A DNA stretch of 64,000 nt from Deinococcota bacterium (GCA_041695225.1 JBGFRI010000027.1:1-64000); one strand, 5' to 3'. Shown: positions 31,503-41,871, counted from the stretch's first letter. Notes: generated from the letters alone by a model not told the origin. Translations and numbers: made by a program.

Positions 31503-33332
31503 TCAGGCTCCTACCTTGTCGCTGAGTTCTTTGAGGTCTTTGACCTCGGCTATCCTGCGCCGGTCTTCGGGCATCTCGGGCAGCGGCTCGGCTACCACAC
31601 TGAGGGCGCCATCGCTGCTGCGGCGGATGATGTGGTTTAGCCTGGCGAAGGTGGCATCGGGGTCGGGGTAGTCCAGCCGGGCGTGCCCACCCCGGCTCTC
31701 CTTACGGGCCAGCGCGGCCAGTACCACCGCCTCGGAAATCTCTACCATCAGTTGGATGTCAATAGCAGTGTGCCAGCCGGGGTTGTAGACCCGGGTTCCG
31801 GTGGCGGAGGTCTGCTTGGCGCGCTGTTTGAGGCTTGCCAGAATATCTAGCTGGGTTTTGAGCTCACTCTCTTCGCGCATGATGCCCGCATTCTGTTGCA
31901 TGGTGGAGCGCAGTTCTTTCATGAGTGCAAAGGGGTTCTCGCCCTGGGGATTAGAAAAGGGCTCGAGGGCTTCAGCGATATACTCACGCACCTGGGCATC
32001 ACTAACCATGCCAGAACTACCCGGTGCTGCTGCATACTCTGCGGCCGCAAGGCCGGCCCGCTGGCCAAACACCACCAGGTCGGAAAGCGAGTTTCCGCCC
32101 AGGCGGTTGGCTCCGTGCAGGCCGCCAGCCACCTCGCCCGCAGCATAGAGGCCCGGAACATTGGTGGCCTGGGTATCGGGGTCAACGCGGACGCCGCCCA
32201 TCACATAATGGCAGGTTGGTCCGACTTCCATGGGTTCTTTGGTGATGTCCAGGTTGGCCAGCTTCATGAACTGGTGGTACATGCTGGGGAGCTTTTTCTT
32301 GATGTAGTCGGCAGGGCGGCGGCTAGCGATATCCAGATAAGCCCCACCGTGCGGGCTGCCCCGGCCTTCGTTGACCTCGCGGCGGATGGCCCTGGCTACC
32401 ACGTCTCGGACCAGCAGCTCTGGGGGACGGCGGGCCTCGCGGTCGCCGCCCAGCCACTTTTCAGCCTCTTCTTCGGTCTCGGCGAACTCACCCTTGTAGC
32501 GCTCGGGCACGTTGTCGAACATAAAGCGCCTGCCCTCGCGGTTCTTAAGCACCCCGCCCTCGCCCCGCACCCCCTCGGTAACAAGCACCCCCATCACGCC
32601 CGGGGGCCAGATCATGCCGGTGGGGTGAAACTGGATGAACTCCATGTCAATCAGGTCGGCCCCCACCATGCTGGCCAGTGCGAAGCCATCTCCGGTACAC
32701 TCCCAGGAGTTGGAGGTGATCTGGTAAATGCGGCCCAGCCCGCCGGTTGCGAGAATCACTGCTCTGGCCCGAAATACCAGAAATTCGCCGGTCTGGCGGT
32801 CGAAACCCAAAGCCCCTACCACAGCCCCGCCCTCGGTGAGGAGGCGGTAGATGGTGGTCTCCATATGGGCGTTGATACCAACCTTCACCGCGTGGTCTTG
32901 CAGGGTGCGGATCAGCTCGAGCCCCGTGCGGTCTCCCACATGAGCCAGGCGGGGGTAGGAGTGCCCGCCGAAGTTGCGTTGATTGATTCTCCCATCGGGT
33001 GTACGGTCAAAAACAGCGCCCCACCGCTCGAGCTCAAGCACCCGCTCGGCGGCCTCTTTGGTGTAGTTCTCCACCATCTTCCAGTTGTTGAGCATCCCGC
33101 CACCCTTGAGGGTATCGCGGAAGTGCACCTTCCAGTTGTCTTCGGGGCGAGCATTGCCCAGGGCCGCGGCCATGCCGCCCTCGGCCATCACGGTATGGGC
33201 CTTGCCCAGCAGGCTCTTGCTGACCACCCCTACCCGGGCCCCTTTTTCAATGGCAGCGATGGCAGCTCGCAGGCCCGCCCCGCCAGCGCCGATTACCAGT
33301 ACGTCGTAGTCGTAGGTTGTGTAGGACTCCAT
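31503..33332 (-). CDS. sdhA: Succinate dehydrogenase/fumarate reductase flavoprotein
   Basis: GAGGAG, KAHTVMAEGG, QFHPTG, HGANRLGGNSL, ESRGGH. Confidence 0.96.
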   Translation of the reverse strand: MESYTTYDYDVLVIGAGGAGLRAAIAAIEKGARVGVVSKSLLGKAHTVMAEGGMAAALGNARPEDNWKVHFRDTLKGGGMLNNWKMVENYTKEAAERVLELERWGAVFDRTPDGRINQRNFGGHSYPRLAHVGDRTGLELIRTLQDHAVKVGINAHMETTIYRLLTEGGAVVGALGFDRQTGEFLVFRARAVILATGGLGRIYQITSNSWECTGDGFALASMVGADLIDMEFIQFHPTGMIWPPGVMGVLVTEGVRGEGGVLKNREGRRFMFDNVPERYKGEFAETEEEAEKWLGGDREARRPPELLVRDVVARAIRREVNEGRGSPHGGAYLDIASRRPADYIKKKLPSMYHQFMKLANLDITKEPMEVGPTCHYVMGGVRVDPDTQATNVPGLYAAGEVAGGLHGANRLGGNSLSDLVVFGQRAGLAAAEYAAAPGSSGMVSDAQVREYIAEALEPFSNPQGENPFALMKELRSTMQQNAGIMREESELKTQLDILASLKQRAKQTSATGTRVYNPGWHTAIDIQLMVEISEAVVLAALARKESRGGHARLDYPDPDATFARLNHIIRRSSDGALSVVAEPLPEMPEDRRRIAEVKDLKELSDKVGA

Positions 33333-33344
33333 AACCGGGCTCCT

Positions 33345-34097
33345 TTAGAAAAAGCGGAAATCGCTGATGATGCCCATTGAACACATGCGGATGTACACGT
33401 CGGTGAACCAGACCGAGAGCATACTGGTAACACCCCAGAAACCATGGCTTTTATTGATATTGCTAATGCGCTGCCAGAGGCCGTAGCGGGCCTTGTGTTT
33501 GGACATGCAGTTGAGGCAGCCACCGGCTATGTGCCGCCAGGCATGGCAAGAGAAAGTGTAGTAGGAAAGTAGGATTACGTTTGCCAGCATGATCAGGCTA
33601 CCCACCCCGACCCCAAATCCGTCGCTGAAAAAGAAGGCTTTAAGGGCGTCGTACCACAAGAAAACCATCACCGGAATGGAGAAATAAAAGAAATAGCGGT
33701 GCAGGTTATTTAGGACGAAAGGAAAACGCTGTTCGCCACTATACGACTTCCTTAGCTCGGGGACTGCGCACGATGGCGGATCCCAGAAGAAGGCCCGGTA
33801 GTAGGCCTTGCGGTAGTAGTAACAGGTTGCCCTGAAGCCCAGGGGGATCCACAGTACCAGGAAGGCTGGTGAGATGGCCAGCCAGTCCAGGTCGCGGGCG
33901 TAAACCCCCGGGATGGGGATCGAGTAAAAGGGCGATATGTACGGCCCATACTCGAAGTGCTGGCGGTTCCAGGCCACCCACAGCGCATACACTCCGAACA
34001 AGCCCAGGCTCAGCACCGTAAATAGGGGCTCGATCCACCACTTGTCCTGCCGATCGGCTAGCCGATTTTCTGTACCCGTCACTGGTTTCGTGCTCAT
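33345..34097 (-). CDS. Succinate dehydrogenase membrane anchor, mycobacterial Sdh1 (Rv0249c)-like
   Basis: ISPFYS, FRATCYYYRKAYYRAF, LHRYF, SCHAWRH, TDVYI; first gene of the sdhAB operon. Confidence 0.85.
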   Translation of the reverse strand: MSTKPVTGTENRLADRQDKWWIEPLFTVLSLGLFGVYALWVAWNRQHFEYGPYISPFYSIPIPGVYARDLDWLAISPAFLVLWIPLGFRATCYYYRKAYYRAFFWDPPSCAVPELRKSYSGEQRFPFVLNNLHRYFFYFSIPVMVFLWYDALKAFFFSDGFGVGVGSLIMLANVILLSYYTFSCHAWRHIAGGCLNCMSKHKARYGLWQRISNINKSHGFWGVTSMLSVWFTDVYIRMCSMGIISDFRFF

Positions 34098-34429
34098 TTC
34101 CCCTAGACTATACCTGCTCGTGTGCTTATAGGATACCTTTAGGAGATACAAAGACTGGTGTAATTAATAATGCCTTGCTTCGGTCAGTGGGCCAGGGGTT
34201 GCAGGTGTCTGTCATCCAGGACTATCTTTTGCTGTGAGCAGGTTCACGCCTTGACCCCCCGTGTGCCCGTATTCTGGGGCTGTTGACATCAAGGCCGGCC
34301 AGAGTCGCTGGCGCCCATTTAGAAAAGCCGGGGTTGGAGTTGTGATTATAGTCTTAACCTAAAGCATTGACGGGTTACCCCGCCGGTACTGGGGTAGTTG
34401 AAGGGGGAGCAATGTCTTGCTGGCGCAGC

Positions 34430-35227
34430 TTAACCTGCCCAGCCTAACCGTAGTGAAACTGCGTCGGCGGCCCGCCTGATTCTGAACCCCAAGGCCTCCA
34501 GACGTTCGTCGGGAACCCGGCTGGCAGGGGCCGAGAGCGAGATGGAGGCCACCACCTTGCCCCGGTTGTCATGAATAGGAGTAGCGATACACCGCACCCC
34601 ATCCTCACGCTCCTGATCATCTATCACATAGCGGCGCTGGCGCGCCTCTTGCAGGGTTTTAAGAAAGCTATCCAGGGTGGTAATGGTCTTGGCCGTATAG
34701 GGTTTGAAGGGCCCTGCCCCCACAATCCGGCGCACTTCTGGCTCCTGGTGTTCTAATAGCAGGGCTTTGCCCACTCCGGTGCAGTAGATGGGGGCCCTGG
34801 CCCCAATCCGGGTAAACATACGGATGAGCTGGCGGCCCTCGACCTGCGCAATGTAAACCACCTCGTTGCCGTCCAGCACGGCCAGATTGACCGTTTCGTT
34901 GAGCTCGTCCACCAGCTTTTCCATCTCGGGCATGGCCGCATCAATTAGCCCCCCCCGCGTCAGGAAGGCCGACCCTACCTGATAAGCCCGCAGGCCGACT
35001 TTCCAGCGGCCCTTGGCCTCGTCCCAGTCGGCAAAGCCCCGGTGGCGCAGGGTTTCTAAGAGCCGGTAAGCTGTGCTGGGCGAGAGTTCGGTCTTGCGGG
35101 CTAGCTCGGACAGAGTAAGGGTCTCGGACTCGGAGAGCGCTGTAAGCAGCTGGAGACCACGCTCCAGGGTTCGTACTTCTCCCACTCTGGTTTTGCGGCT
35201 GCGCCCTGGGCGACGCTTGGCTTCCAT
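34430..35227 (-). CDS. iclR: IclR-family transcriptional regulator
   Basis: LSPSTAYRLL HTH, ETVNL, CTGVGKALL, DDQE...GVRCIATP; divergent from aceB. Confidence 0.92.
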   Translation of the reverse strand: MEAKRRPGRSRKTRVGEVRTLERGLQLLTALSESETLTLSELARKTELSPSTAYRLLETLRHRGFADWDEAKGRWKVGLRAYQVGSAFLTRGGLIDAAMPEMEKLVDELNETVNLAVLDGNEVVYIAQVEGRQLIRMFTRIGARAPIYCTGVGKALLLEHQEPEVRRIVGAGPFKPYTAKTITTLDSFLKTLQEARQRRYVIDDQEREDGVRCIATPIHDNRGKVVASISLSAPASRVPDERLEALGFRIRRAADAVSLRLGWAG

Positions 35228-35254
35228 GGCTAAAGGCTAAACCGGTTCCCGATA

Positions 35255-35315
35255 TTTTTCAATGGGTGCAAAACAATCTCACGTGTTGACAAACTTATTT
35301 TCGAGGGGCTAGGCT
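35255..35315 (+). promoter_or_regulatory. Putative IclR operator and aceB promoter
   Basis: Imperfect palindrome TTTTTCAATGGGTGCAAAA (35255-35273); TTGACA-18nt-TAGGCT (35286-35315). Confidence 0.55.
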
Positions 35316-35373
35316 TTGACTTAGCCAGGGAGTAAACTGCCCTCCTCCCAAACTCACTAACCAGGAGACCCCT

Positions 35374-36948
35374 ATGAGCGAGCTGCCCCACGGTGTACAG
35401 ATTACCGGAGCCAGACTACCAGCTTCCGACACGGTGCTTACCCCCGAAGCCCTGGCCTTTCTGGCCGGACTACAGCGCGAATTTAATGCAGTGCGCAAAG
35501 GTCTGCTGCAACGCCGCGCCGAAATTGCCATACGAATTGAGGCAGGCGAGAAGCCTGGCTTCCTGGTCCATACCCGCTTCATGCGAGAGGGCGGCTGGAA
35601 AGTGGCCCCCGCTCCGGCCGACCTCAATGACCGACGGGTAGAGATCACCGGCCCCACCGAGCGCAAGATGATGATTAATGCCCTCAACTCCGGGGCTAGG
35701 GTCTTTATGGCCGACTGCGAAGACTCGCTCTCGCCCACCTGGGAAAACGTGGTACAGGGCCAGCAAAACCTGATGGATGCGGTGCGCCGCACGATCAGCC
35801 TTAGCACCCCCGAAAAGGAATATAGGCTTAACCAGAAAATTGCTACTTTGCTGGTGCGCCCCCGTGGCTGGCACCTGAACGAACGTCACCTGCTGGTAGA
35901 CGGAGAGCCGATCTCGGGGAGTCTCTTCGACTTCGGTCTGTATTTTTTTCACAACGCCCACGAACTCCTAAAGCGCGGAAGCGGGCCCTATTTTTACCTG
36001 CCCAAGACCGAGAGCCACCTCGAGGCCCGCCTGTGGAACGAGGTCTTCAAGTTTGCCCAGAGCTACCTGGGAATTCCCCAGGGTACCATCCGGGCTACCG
36101 TGCTGATCGAGACCATTCTGGCCGCCTTCGAGATGGAAGAGATCCTGTACGAGCTGCGTGAACACGCGGCGGGTCTCAACGCCGGACGCTGGGACTACAT
36201 TTTTAGCTGCATCAAAAAATTTGCAACCTACGATGTGCTCTTCCCCGACCGCGCCCAGGTCACCATGACCGTGCCCTTTATGCGGGCCTACACCGAGCTG
36301 CTGGTGCGTACTTGCCACAAGCGCGGGGCGCACGCCATTGGGGGGATGTCGGCCTTTATCCCCAGTCGCAAAGACCCCGAGGTGAATGCCAAGGCTATAG
36401 AACAGGTAACCAGGGACAAAGAGCGCGAGTCCGGCGATGGTTTTGATGGTACCTGGGTCGCCCACCCCGACCTGGTGCCGGTGGCCCTGACGGTATTTGA
36501 CCGGGTGCTGGGTGAGAGGCCCAACCAGAAAGACCGCCTGCGCGAGGAGGTGGATGGCCGGATCAAGGCCCAGGACCTGATTGATCTCAAAGTGCCGGGC
36601 GGCAAGATCACCGAGGCCGGCATCCGCAACAACATCAGCGTGGGGTTGCAGTACTTGGCGGCCTGGCTGGGTGGCTCTGGCGCAGTGGCAATTTTCAACC
36701 TGATGGAAGACGCAGCCACCGCCGAGATTTCTCGTTCGCAACTGTGGCAGTGGCTCAAAAAGGGCGCGAAGCTGGACGATGGACGCACCTTCACCAGTGA
36801 ATTGTATGCGCAGCTCAAGCAGGAGGAGATGGCAAAGCTGGCGGGCATGAAAAACCTGGAAGCGGCAGCGCAACTCCTGGACGAACTAGTGTTGCAGCCC
36901 GATTTTGTGGAGTTCCTGACCCTGCCCGCCTATGAGCGGCTGGGTTGA
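35374..36948 (+). CDS. aceB: Malate synthase A
   Basis: [43 protein letters not shown]. Confidence 0.97.
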   Translation: MSELPHGVQITGARLPASDTVLTPEALAFLAGLQREFNAVRKGLLQRRAEIAIRIEAGEKPGFLVHTRFMREGGWKVAPAPADLNDRRVEITGPTERKMMINALNSGARVFMADCEDSLSPTWENVVQGQQNLMDAVRRTISLSTPEKEYRLNQKIATLLVRPRGWHLNERHLLVDGEPISGSLFDFGLYFFHNAHELLKRGSGPYFYLPKTESHLEARLWNEVFKFAQSYLGIPQGTIRATVLIETILAAFEMEEILYELREHAAGLNAGRWDYIFSCIKKFATYDVLFPDRAQVTMTVPFMRAYTELLVRTCHKRGAHAIGGMSAFIPSRKDPEVNAKAIEQVTRDKERESGDGFDGTWVAHPDLVPVALTVFDRVLGERPNQKDRLREEVDGRIKAQDLIDLKVPGGKITEAGIRNNISVGLQYLAAWLGGSGAVAIFNLMEDAATAEISRSQLWQWLKKGAKLDDGRTFTSELYAQLKQEEMAKLAGMKNLEAAAQLLDELVLQPDFVEFLTLPAYERLG

Positions 36949-37180
36949 AGCTATACCAGGGTCACAAAGAGCTGGCTTCATTACCATGATCGAGGCGCCG
37001 GTGCTGAGCTGGCTGTAGATTGGTGAAAAAGGCCTCGAAGCAGTCCAGGAAACTTTCATCCACACAGGTATTCCTGAACTGCTTCGCTGCTGTTGGTTGC
37101 TAGTCATGGTTGCCCGAAGACGATGATCTACGGCAATTTCACATTGGGATTAACCAGTACCCAGCCTGTGGAAAAGCTCT

Positions 37181-37921
37181 TTAGCTGGGTTTGGTCTTGA
37201 CTTTTGCCTTGGTCTTGTCCTTGACAGGCGGAGGCCCATCCGGGCTATGCTCGGCGCTACGGATACGGGCCAGCGGGGTCAGGTGCTGGACTTCCAGGAC
37301 CCGCTTGTAGCGCCTGGCTTTGGTCTCCTTGTCTTCCCAGACCTCGGTTTTGAGCGCGCCTTCCAGCAAGAGTTGCGAGCCCTTCTTGAGGCCGGCAAAC
37401 TGCTCGGCCAGGTCGCGCCAGGCTTCCAGCTCGAGATAGTGGCTCCTGGCCTGCTTGGCCGAAGCGTTCCAGCTCGAGAAGCCCAGACTGGCCCTGGTGA
37501 CCGGGGTTTGGAGTGAGGTCTGACGGAACTCGGGGTCGGCGGTGAGTCCACCGGTCAGGATCACCCGGTTCAGGGCGCAGTACAGTACCGGACCTTTTTC
37601 CTCGGTGCGGATATCGGCACGTTCCAGCTTGAAGAGCTCCTCGCCCACAATGCGTAAGCGCGAGCCTTTCACACCGTCGGAGTCCCAGGTTTCGTAGACC
37701 AGGCGGCCAACGGCCTGATAAGCCTGCCCATCTACCAGTTGATCGGCCAGATGCTCGGCCATCTTGCCATAGAAGGTGAGGTCGGCGCGGAAGAAGACGT
37801 GGTTCTCGGTTACGGGCCGCTTGCCGACCAGAAAAACCTCGAGTACGGGAGTTGCTTTGGGGGTGTAGCGCAGTTCGTGTTTGCTGAGGACGCCGCTGAT
37901 GAGGACTAAGTTGGTGGACAT
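37181..37921 (-). CDS. Divergent two-OB-fold single-stranded DNA-binding protein (SSB paralog)
   Basis: Two SSB-like repeats (NLVLISGVL..ELRYTP; LNRVILTGGLTADPEFRQT...AWRDLAE...LEGAL..EVW); AAGGAG RBS. Confidence 0.85.
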   Translation of the reverse strand: MSTNLVLISGVLSKHELRYTPKATPVLEVFLVGKRPVTENHVFFRADLTFYGKMAEHLADQLVDGQAYQAVGRLVYETWDSDGVKGSRLRIVGEELFKLERADIRTEEKGPVLYCALNRVILTGGLTADPEFRQTSLQTPVTRASLGFSSWNASAKQARSHYLELEAWRDLAEQFAGLKKGSQLLLEGALKTEVWEDKETKARRYKRVLEVQHLTPLARIRSAEHSPDGPPPVKDKTKAKVKTKPS

Positions 37922-37974
37922 GTTTTTCTCCTTATGCGTTACGGTCAGAAAAGATAGGGCATTGCTAGTAGGGC

Positions 37975-38586
37975 TCAGGAAGTGGTCGGCAGCCAGTCGA
38001 AGCTCTGACCACCGCATACCTTGATCTGCTTGGCGCTAGGCTGGAATTTCACGATGCCCCCATAAGGGGTGCGGGTTTGCAGCGGTGGGATCATCTCTGT
38101 TTCGCTGCTTTGCGGGTGAGGTGTTTTTCGGTTCGGATAATGGTTCTTAGGCTGCTCTCCGGCTTCCTGCAATGCTGCCAGCCAGTTCACAAACTCGACC
38201 AGGAGTTGCTGGGCCACTTTCCGAGTGCTGGCGTCTGGACTCCGGCAGTCTTTGAGATGTTCGGCGAACTGGCCCCGGTGCAGGCTCGGATGGGGAAGGC
38301 CCGAAACCTCGAGAGCTTCCGTGCGGCTAAGGCTGTAGAGCTTGCGGCCAGGCCGGTCGAGCAGCAGGATAGGGTGCTCGCCAGGAGCCAGGATGGGCTT
38401 AACCGAGGGGTGGGCGGCCCAGATCAGGTAGGCCCAGGAGTTGGCGGGGCCGCTTGTCAGGCCGTCTTGGTAGATCAGACTATCGCTTTTGGGTTCCCAG
38501 TAGAAGACCACTCTGGGGGCGTGGCCAGCATAACCAAAGATGGTCTCTAGATGGGGGTGCAGGGGGAGCTCGAGCTCTTTCATCAT
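37975..38586 (-). CDS. Hypothetical protein upstream of the SSB paralog
   Basis: Open frame with protein-like core (FGYAG..RVVFYWEP..D..IY.DG...WAYL.W..HPSV...LLLDR); start uncertain. Confidence 0.6.
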   Translation of the reverse strand: MMKELELPLHPHLETIFGYAGHAPRVVFYWEPKSDSLIYQDGLTSGPANSWAYLIWAAHPSVKPILAPGEHPILLLDRPGRKLYSLSRTEALEVSGLPHPSLHRGQFAEHLKDCRSPDASTRKVAQQLLVEFVNWLAALQEAGEQPKNHYPNRKTPHPQSSETEMIPPLQTRTPYGGIVKFQPSAKQIKVCGGQSFDWLPTTS

Positions 38587-39238
38587 CCACTTCCGTTTCG
38601 GTCTGCGCCACAGGGGCGCTTTGCTTGGGGTCGTCTGTTTCGGGCGGCTCGTTGGGTGTGCGTTGCGGTCAGTTTTTTTCAGTTCATCTGCGTTTTGTTC
38701 CTTCCCCCGTTTGGTTTGTACCAACTCGGATGGAGTAAGCCTATAACATAATCGCCGTTTTGTCTAGTGGGTTTAACCAAGTGGTTAGAAAAGTTGTCCG
38801 GTGGACGATAATGGTCATTCTTGCAACCGGCCTGCGCTGTTCCACCAAACCATCTTGGGCCGCTTGAAAAAAGAATCCTTATGTGTTCATCAGAATCATC
38901 CCAGTAATACAGACGGGGGCTCGAGGGTCGCAAATATGCCAGCAAATTAGATGGAAGCGCATAAGCCAGCGCGGGTGCTTGTGCAGAAATACCATGCCCC
39001 GCACGGATAAAGGCTCTATCCGGGCTGGGCGACAACTGGGCGTGAGGCAAAGCTCAGCTCTGAAGCGAAACTGCGAGCGTTAAGCATCAGTAACGGCCAG
39101 AAGCCAGATTCGAACTCGGAGCATTCCATCAGGCTGGGAGGCGGGTTGTGGCGTAAATCGCCCGCATTATTGGGTGATTGATTTTTACGATAAGAAGCGG
39201 GTATTTGGCAGTTTTGCGTAGTACAATTCAGTACCGTA

Positions 39239-40816
39239 ATGAGAGAGCTCCCCGGTATCATCAAGGTAGACTTCGCTGAATTTTACCAGCGGTTATTACG
39301 CTATAGCTGGGTTCTTATTCTGCTTGCGCTCGCGGCGACCGTTGCGGCTTATCTAATTTCGCGCCTGCAACCGCCCGTATACCAGGCCACCGCCCGGCTG
39401 CTGGCGGCACAGCCCACCGCCTTTTCCGGAACCGGCATCAGCAGCGTGCATGTCGCCAGCCCTCTCGATAGCCAGGCCTACCGCGAGGCAGCCCTGAGCA
39501 GCCAGGTGCTCAAGGATACCCTCGACAGCCCACAAAACCAGCATTCCCTCGAGGAATTCCGGCGCAAACTACGGGTGCGCACGGTGGATGGCCGCCAGTC
39601 CGGCATCATCATCCTCAGTGTTCGCGACAGCGACCCTGCAAAGGCGGCCCAGCTGGCCAATGAGTGGGCCGATGCCCTGAGGAACTGGGACGACCAGCGT
39701 ATACGGGGCAGCTTCAGCCGCTACCGCCAGTCGCTTGAGACCCAGCTGGGCTCGGTCCGGGCCGATCTGGCCAGGGGCAACCACACGCCCGAACGCATCG
39801 AAGGCCTGCGCAGCTTGCAGGGCAGCTTGCTGCGCGACCTCGACTTGGTGCGGGCGTTGGAGCAAGGGGCCACCGGCCAGCTAAGTCTGCTGGATACCGC
39901 CGAACTGCCCATCCGCCCCATCGGGCCCCGCTCCCTGCTCAACGCGCTACTGGCTGGGGCGCTTACCCTGGCTTTTGGCATTCTCTTTATGCTGCTGCGT
40001 GAGGTCTCGGTGCGTACGGTACGCAACAGCCAGGATGCCGCGCAATTGACCGGGCTGCAAGTGCTGGGGGAGTTCCCCAAGATCAACAATGTCAGCCGCG
40101 ACCTGCCGCGGGAGGCTGCCAGCTATCTGCGCACCTATGTCAACCAGGGTCTGATGGACGAGGACGACCCAAAAATTATCGCTGTTACCAGCCCAGAAGC
40201 CAAAGAGGGTAAAAGCAGCGTCGCCATCGCCCTGGCAAGGGCCTATGCCCGAACCGGAAAGCGCACCCTGCTGATTGACCTCGACCTACACCGCCCCATC
40301 CTGCACAGCGAATTCAACATCGAGACTGGCCCCGATGTGATATCGGTGCTGCGCGACCCGCTTTTTAGCATGGCCACCCACCAGCTCGAGCGCGGACTAT
40401 CCCTGCTACCGTGCTTGCAGAGTGTCGAAGACCCCTCGGGTCTGCTCTCCCAGCATTTTCGACCCTTTTTGCGCCGCCTGCGTGAATCGGGTGACTGGGA
40501 CACCATCATTATTGATACACCTCCCGTACTCGCCGTCACCGATACGCTGGTAGTTGCTCCGCAGGTCTCTGGCATGCTGGTGCTGGTGAACACCGGTAAT
40601 ACCCACCGCCGCAGCCTGGTAGCTGCCGTAGACAGCCTGACCCGTATCGGGGCCAGGGTGCTGGGTCTGGTCGTGAACCAATTGCGTTCAGGGGAGGGAA
40701 TGCTGGAGTTCTCGAGGGGCTACAACGGCTACGGGCAGTATGGAAACCGCCCTCGAGCAAGCACGACCTCGCTAACCGAGACCCACGAGCAGGACCCACT
40801 TCGCACGCAGTGGTGA
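39239..40816 (+). CDS. Wzc-like polysaccharide co-polymerase / BY tyrosine autokinase
   Basis: Wzz-type TM-PVYQA N-terminus, Walker A SPEAKEGKS, IDLDL, IIDTPP, Tyr cluster GYNGYGQYG. Confidence 0.9.
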   Translation: MRELPGIIKVDFAEFYQRLLRYSWVLILLALAATVAAYLISRLQPPVYQATARLLAAQPTAFSGTGISSVHVASPLDSQAYREAALSSQVLKDTLDSPQNQHSLEEFRRKLRVRTVDGRQSGIIILSVRDSDPAKAAQLANEWADALRNWDDQRIRGSFSRYRQSLETQLGSVRADLARGNHTPERIEGLRSLQGSLLRDLDLVRALEQGATGQLSLLDTAELPIRPIGPRSLLNALLAGALTLAFGILFMLLREVSVRTVRNSQDAAQLTGLQVLGEFPKINNVSRDLPREAASYLRTYVNQGLMDEDDPKIIAVTSPEAKEGKSSVAIALARAYARTGKRTLLIDLDLHRPILHSEFNIETGPDVISVLRDPLFSMATHQLERGLSLLPCLQSVEDPSGLLSQHFRPFLRRLRESGDWDTIIIDTPPVLAVTDTLVVAPQVSGMLVLVNTGNTHRRSLVAAVDSLTRIGARVLGLVVNQLRSGEGMLEFSRGYNGYGQYGNRPRASTTSLTETHEQDPLRTQW

Positions 40817-40924
40817 GTCTGGTCCCAGAGGCAAATTCCAGAAGCTTTTCTAGCGACCGAGGGTTGTGGTATGCTTTTTAGGCTTGTGTTTTGAACCCCA
40901 CACCAGTGTTGTGGCGTGATCAAA

Positions 40925-40964
40925 ACAGATCCTGACAGGTCCCGACAGATCCCGACAGATCCTG
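40925..40964 (+). repeat. Four tandem 10-bp repeats in the rplY leader
   Basis: ACAGATCCTG ACAGGTCCCG ACAGATCCCG ACAGATCCTG. Confidence 0.85.
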
Positions 40965-41005
40965 GGCCCGATGTCCAGCAAAAAAGAGAGTTTTGGAGGA
41001 AGGCA

Positions 41006-41626
41006 ATGGAATACCGCATCAAAGCCCTTAGTCGTGGGAACGAAAACCCCACTGCATTGCGAGAGGCAGGCAAACTGCCCGGCGTGGTTTACAACCGCCA
41101 GGAGAACTACAAGGTGGTGGTAGATCTCAAAGAGTTCAACAAGGTCTTTATGGCTGCGGGTATTCACCAGGTGATTACCCTCGAGCTCGAGGGCGGTAAA
41201 ACCATTGATACCCTGGTGCGCCAGATCAACCTCGACAAGCGCCGCCGCCGCCCCGACCATGTGGACTTTTATGCCCTTTCCGACGAGCCGGTGCTGATGT
41301 GGATTCCTGTCAAGGTTGTGGGCATACCCCAGGGTGTGCGCGAGGGGGGCGTCCTTCAGATGGTCAACAACGACCTCCAGGTCAAGGTCTTGCCCAAGTC
41401 CATCCCGCCCTTCATCGAAGTTAATGCCAGCGAGCTGCGCATCGGCGATAGCATTCACGCCGACGGGCTCACCCTTCCTGAAGGGGTAAAACTGGCCATG
41501 AATGCCCGTACTACTGTTTTGGCCATCGTACCGCCAGAAGACGCCGAGAAACTAACCGCCCAGGCCGCTACGGTACCTGCCGAGGTAGAAGTCATCAAGA
41601 AGGGTAAGGTCGAGGAGGAAAAGTAG
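41006..41626 (+). CDS. rplY: 50S ribosomal protein L25/Ctc (TL5)
   Basis: LR.AGKLPGVVY, HVDFY, GVREGG.L, IGDSIH; GGAGG RBS. Confidence 0.96.
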   Translation: MEYRIKALSRGNENPTALREAGKLPGVVYNRQENYKVVVDLKEFNKVFMAAGIHQVITLELEGGKTIDTLVRQINLDKRRRRPDHVDFYALSDEPVLMWIPVKVVGIPQGVREGGVLQMVNNDLQVKVLPKSIPPFIEVNASELRIGDSIHADGLTLPEGVKLAMNARTTVLAIVPPEDAEKLTAQAATVPAEVEVIKKGKVEEEK

Positions 41627-41871
41627 GTACCAGGCCGCCTGTCAGTGGCCATTGCAGCTGTTTCCGAGCCCCGACTTCTAACGTCTGTCCTGGGGCCTGG
41701 TCTACGTCTGGCACCGCACTTGCTAACCCCCTTCCCTGTATGCTGGGTATGCTGGCCGTTAGTATCTCTCAATAGCAGTAATTGAGAGCTTTCGCCGCCG
41801 ATGAACCAGGACGTGAGCCATTGGTTGGATCCAGCTTGGAGTGGAAAGGCTGAAAATCGCAGGGTAGCGCA

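Noticed and set aside
31896..33380. 494-aa + strand ORF and many similar long antisense ORFs (e.g. 7861-8634, 47907-49016, 59125-60183)
   Set aside because: These are shadow frames opposite well-supported genes in high-GC DNA, with no recognisable motifs.
34340..34357. Rex/CRP site at the sdh promoter (TTGTGA-N6-TCTTAA)
   Set aside because: The right half-site is a poor match; not supportable from one sequence.
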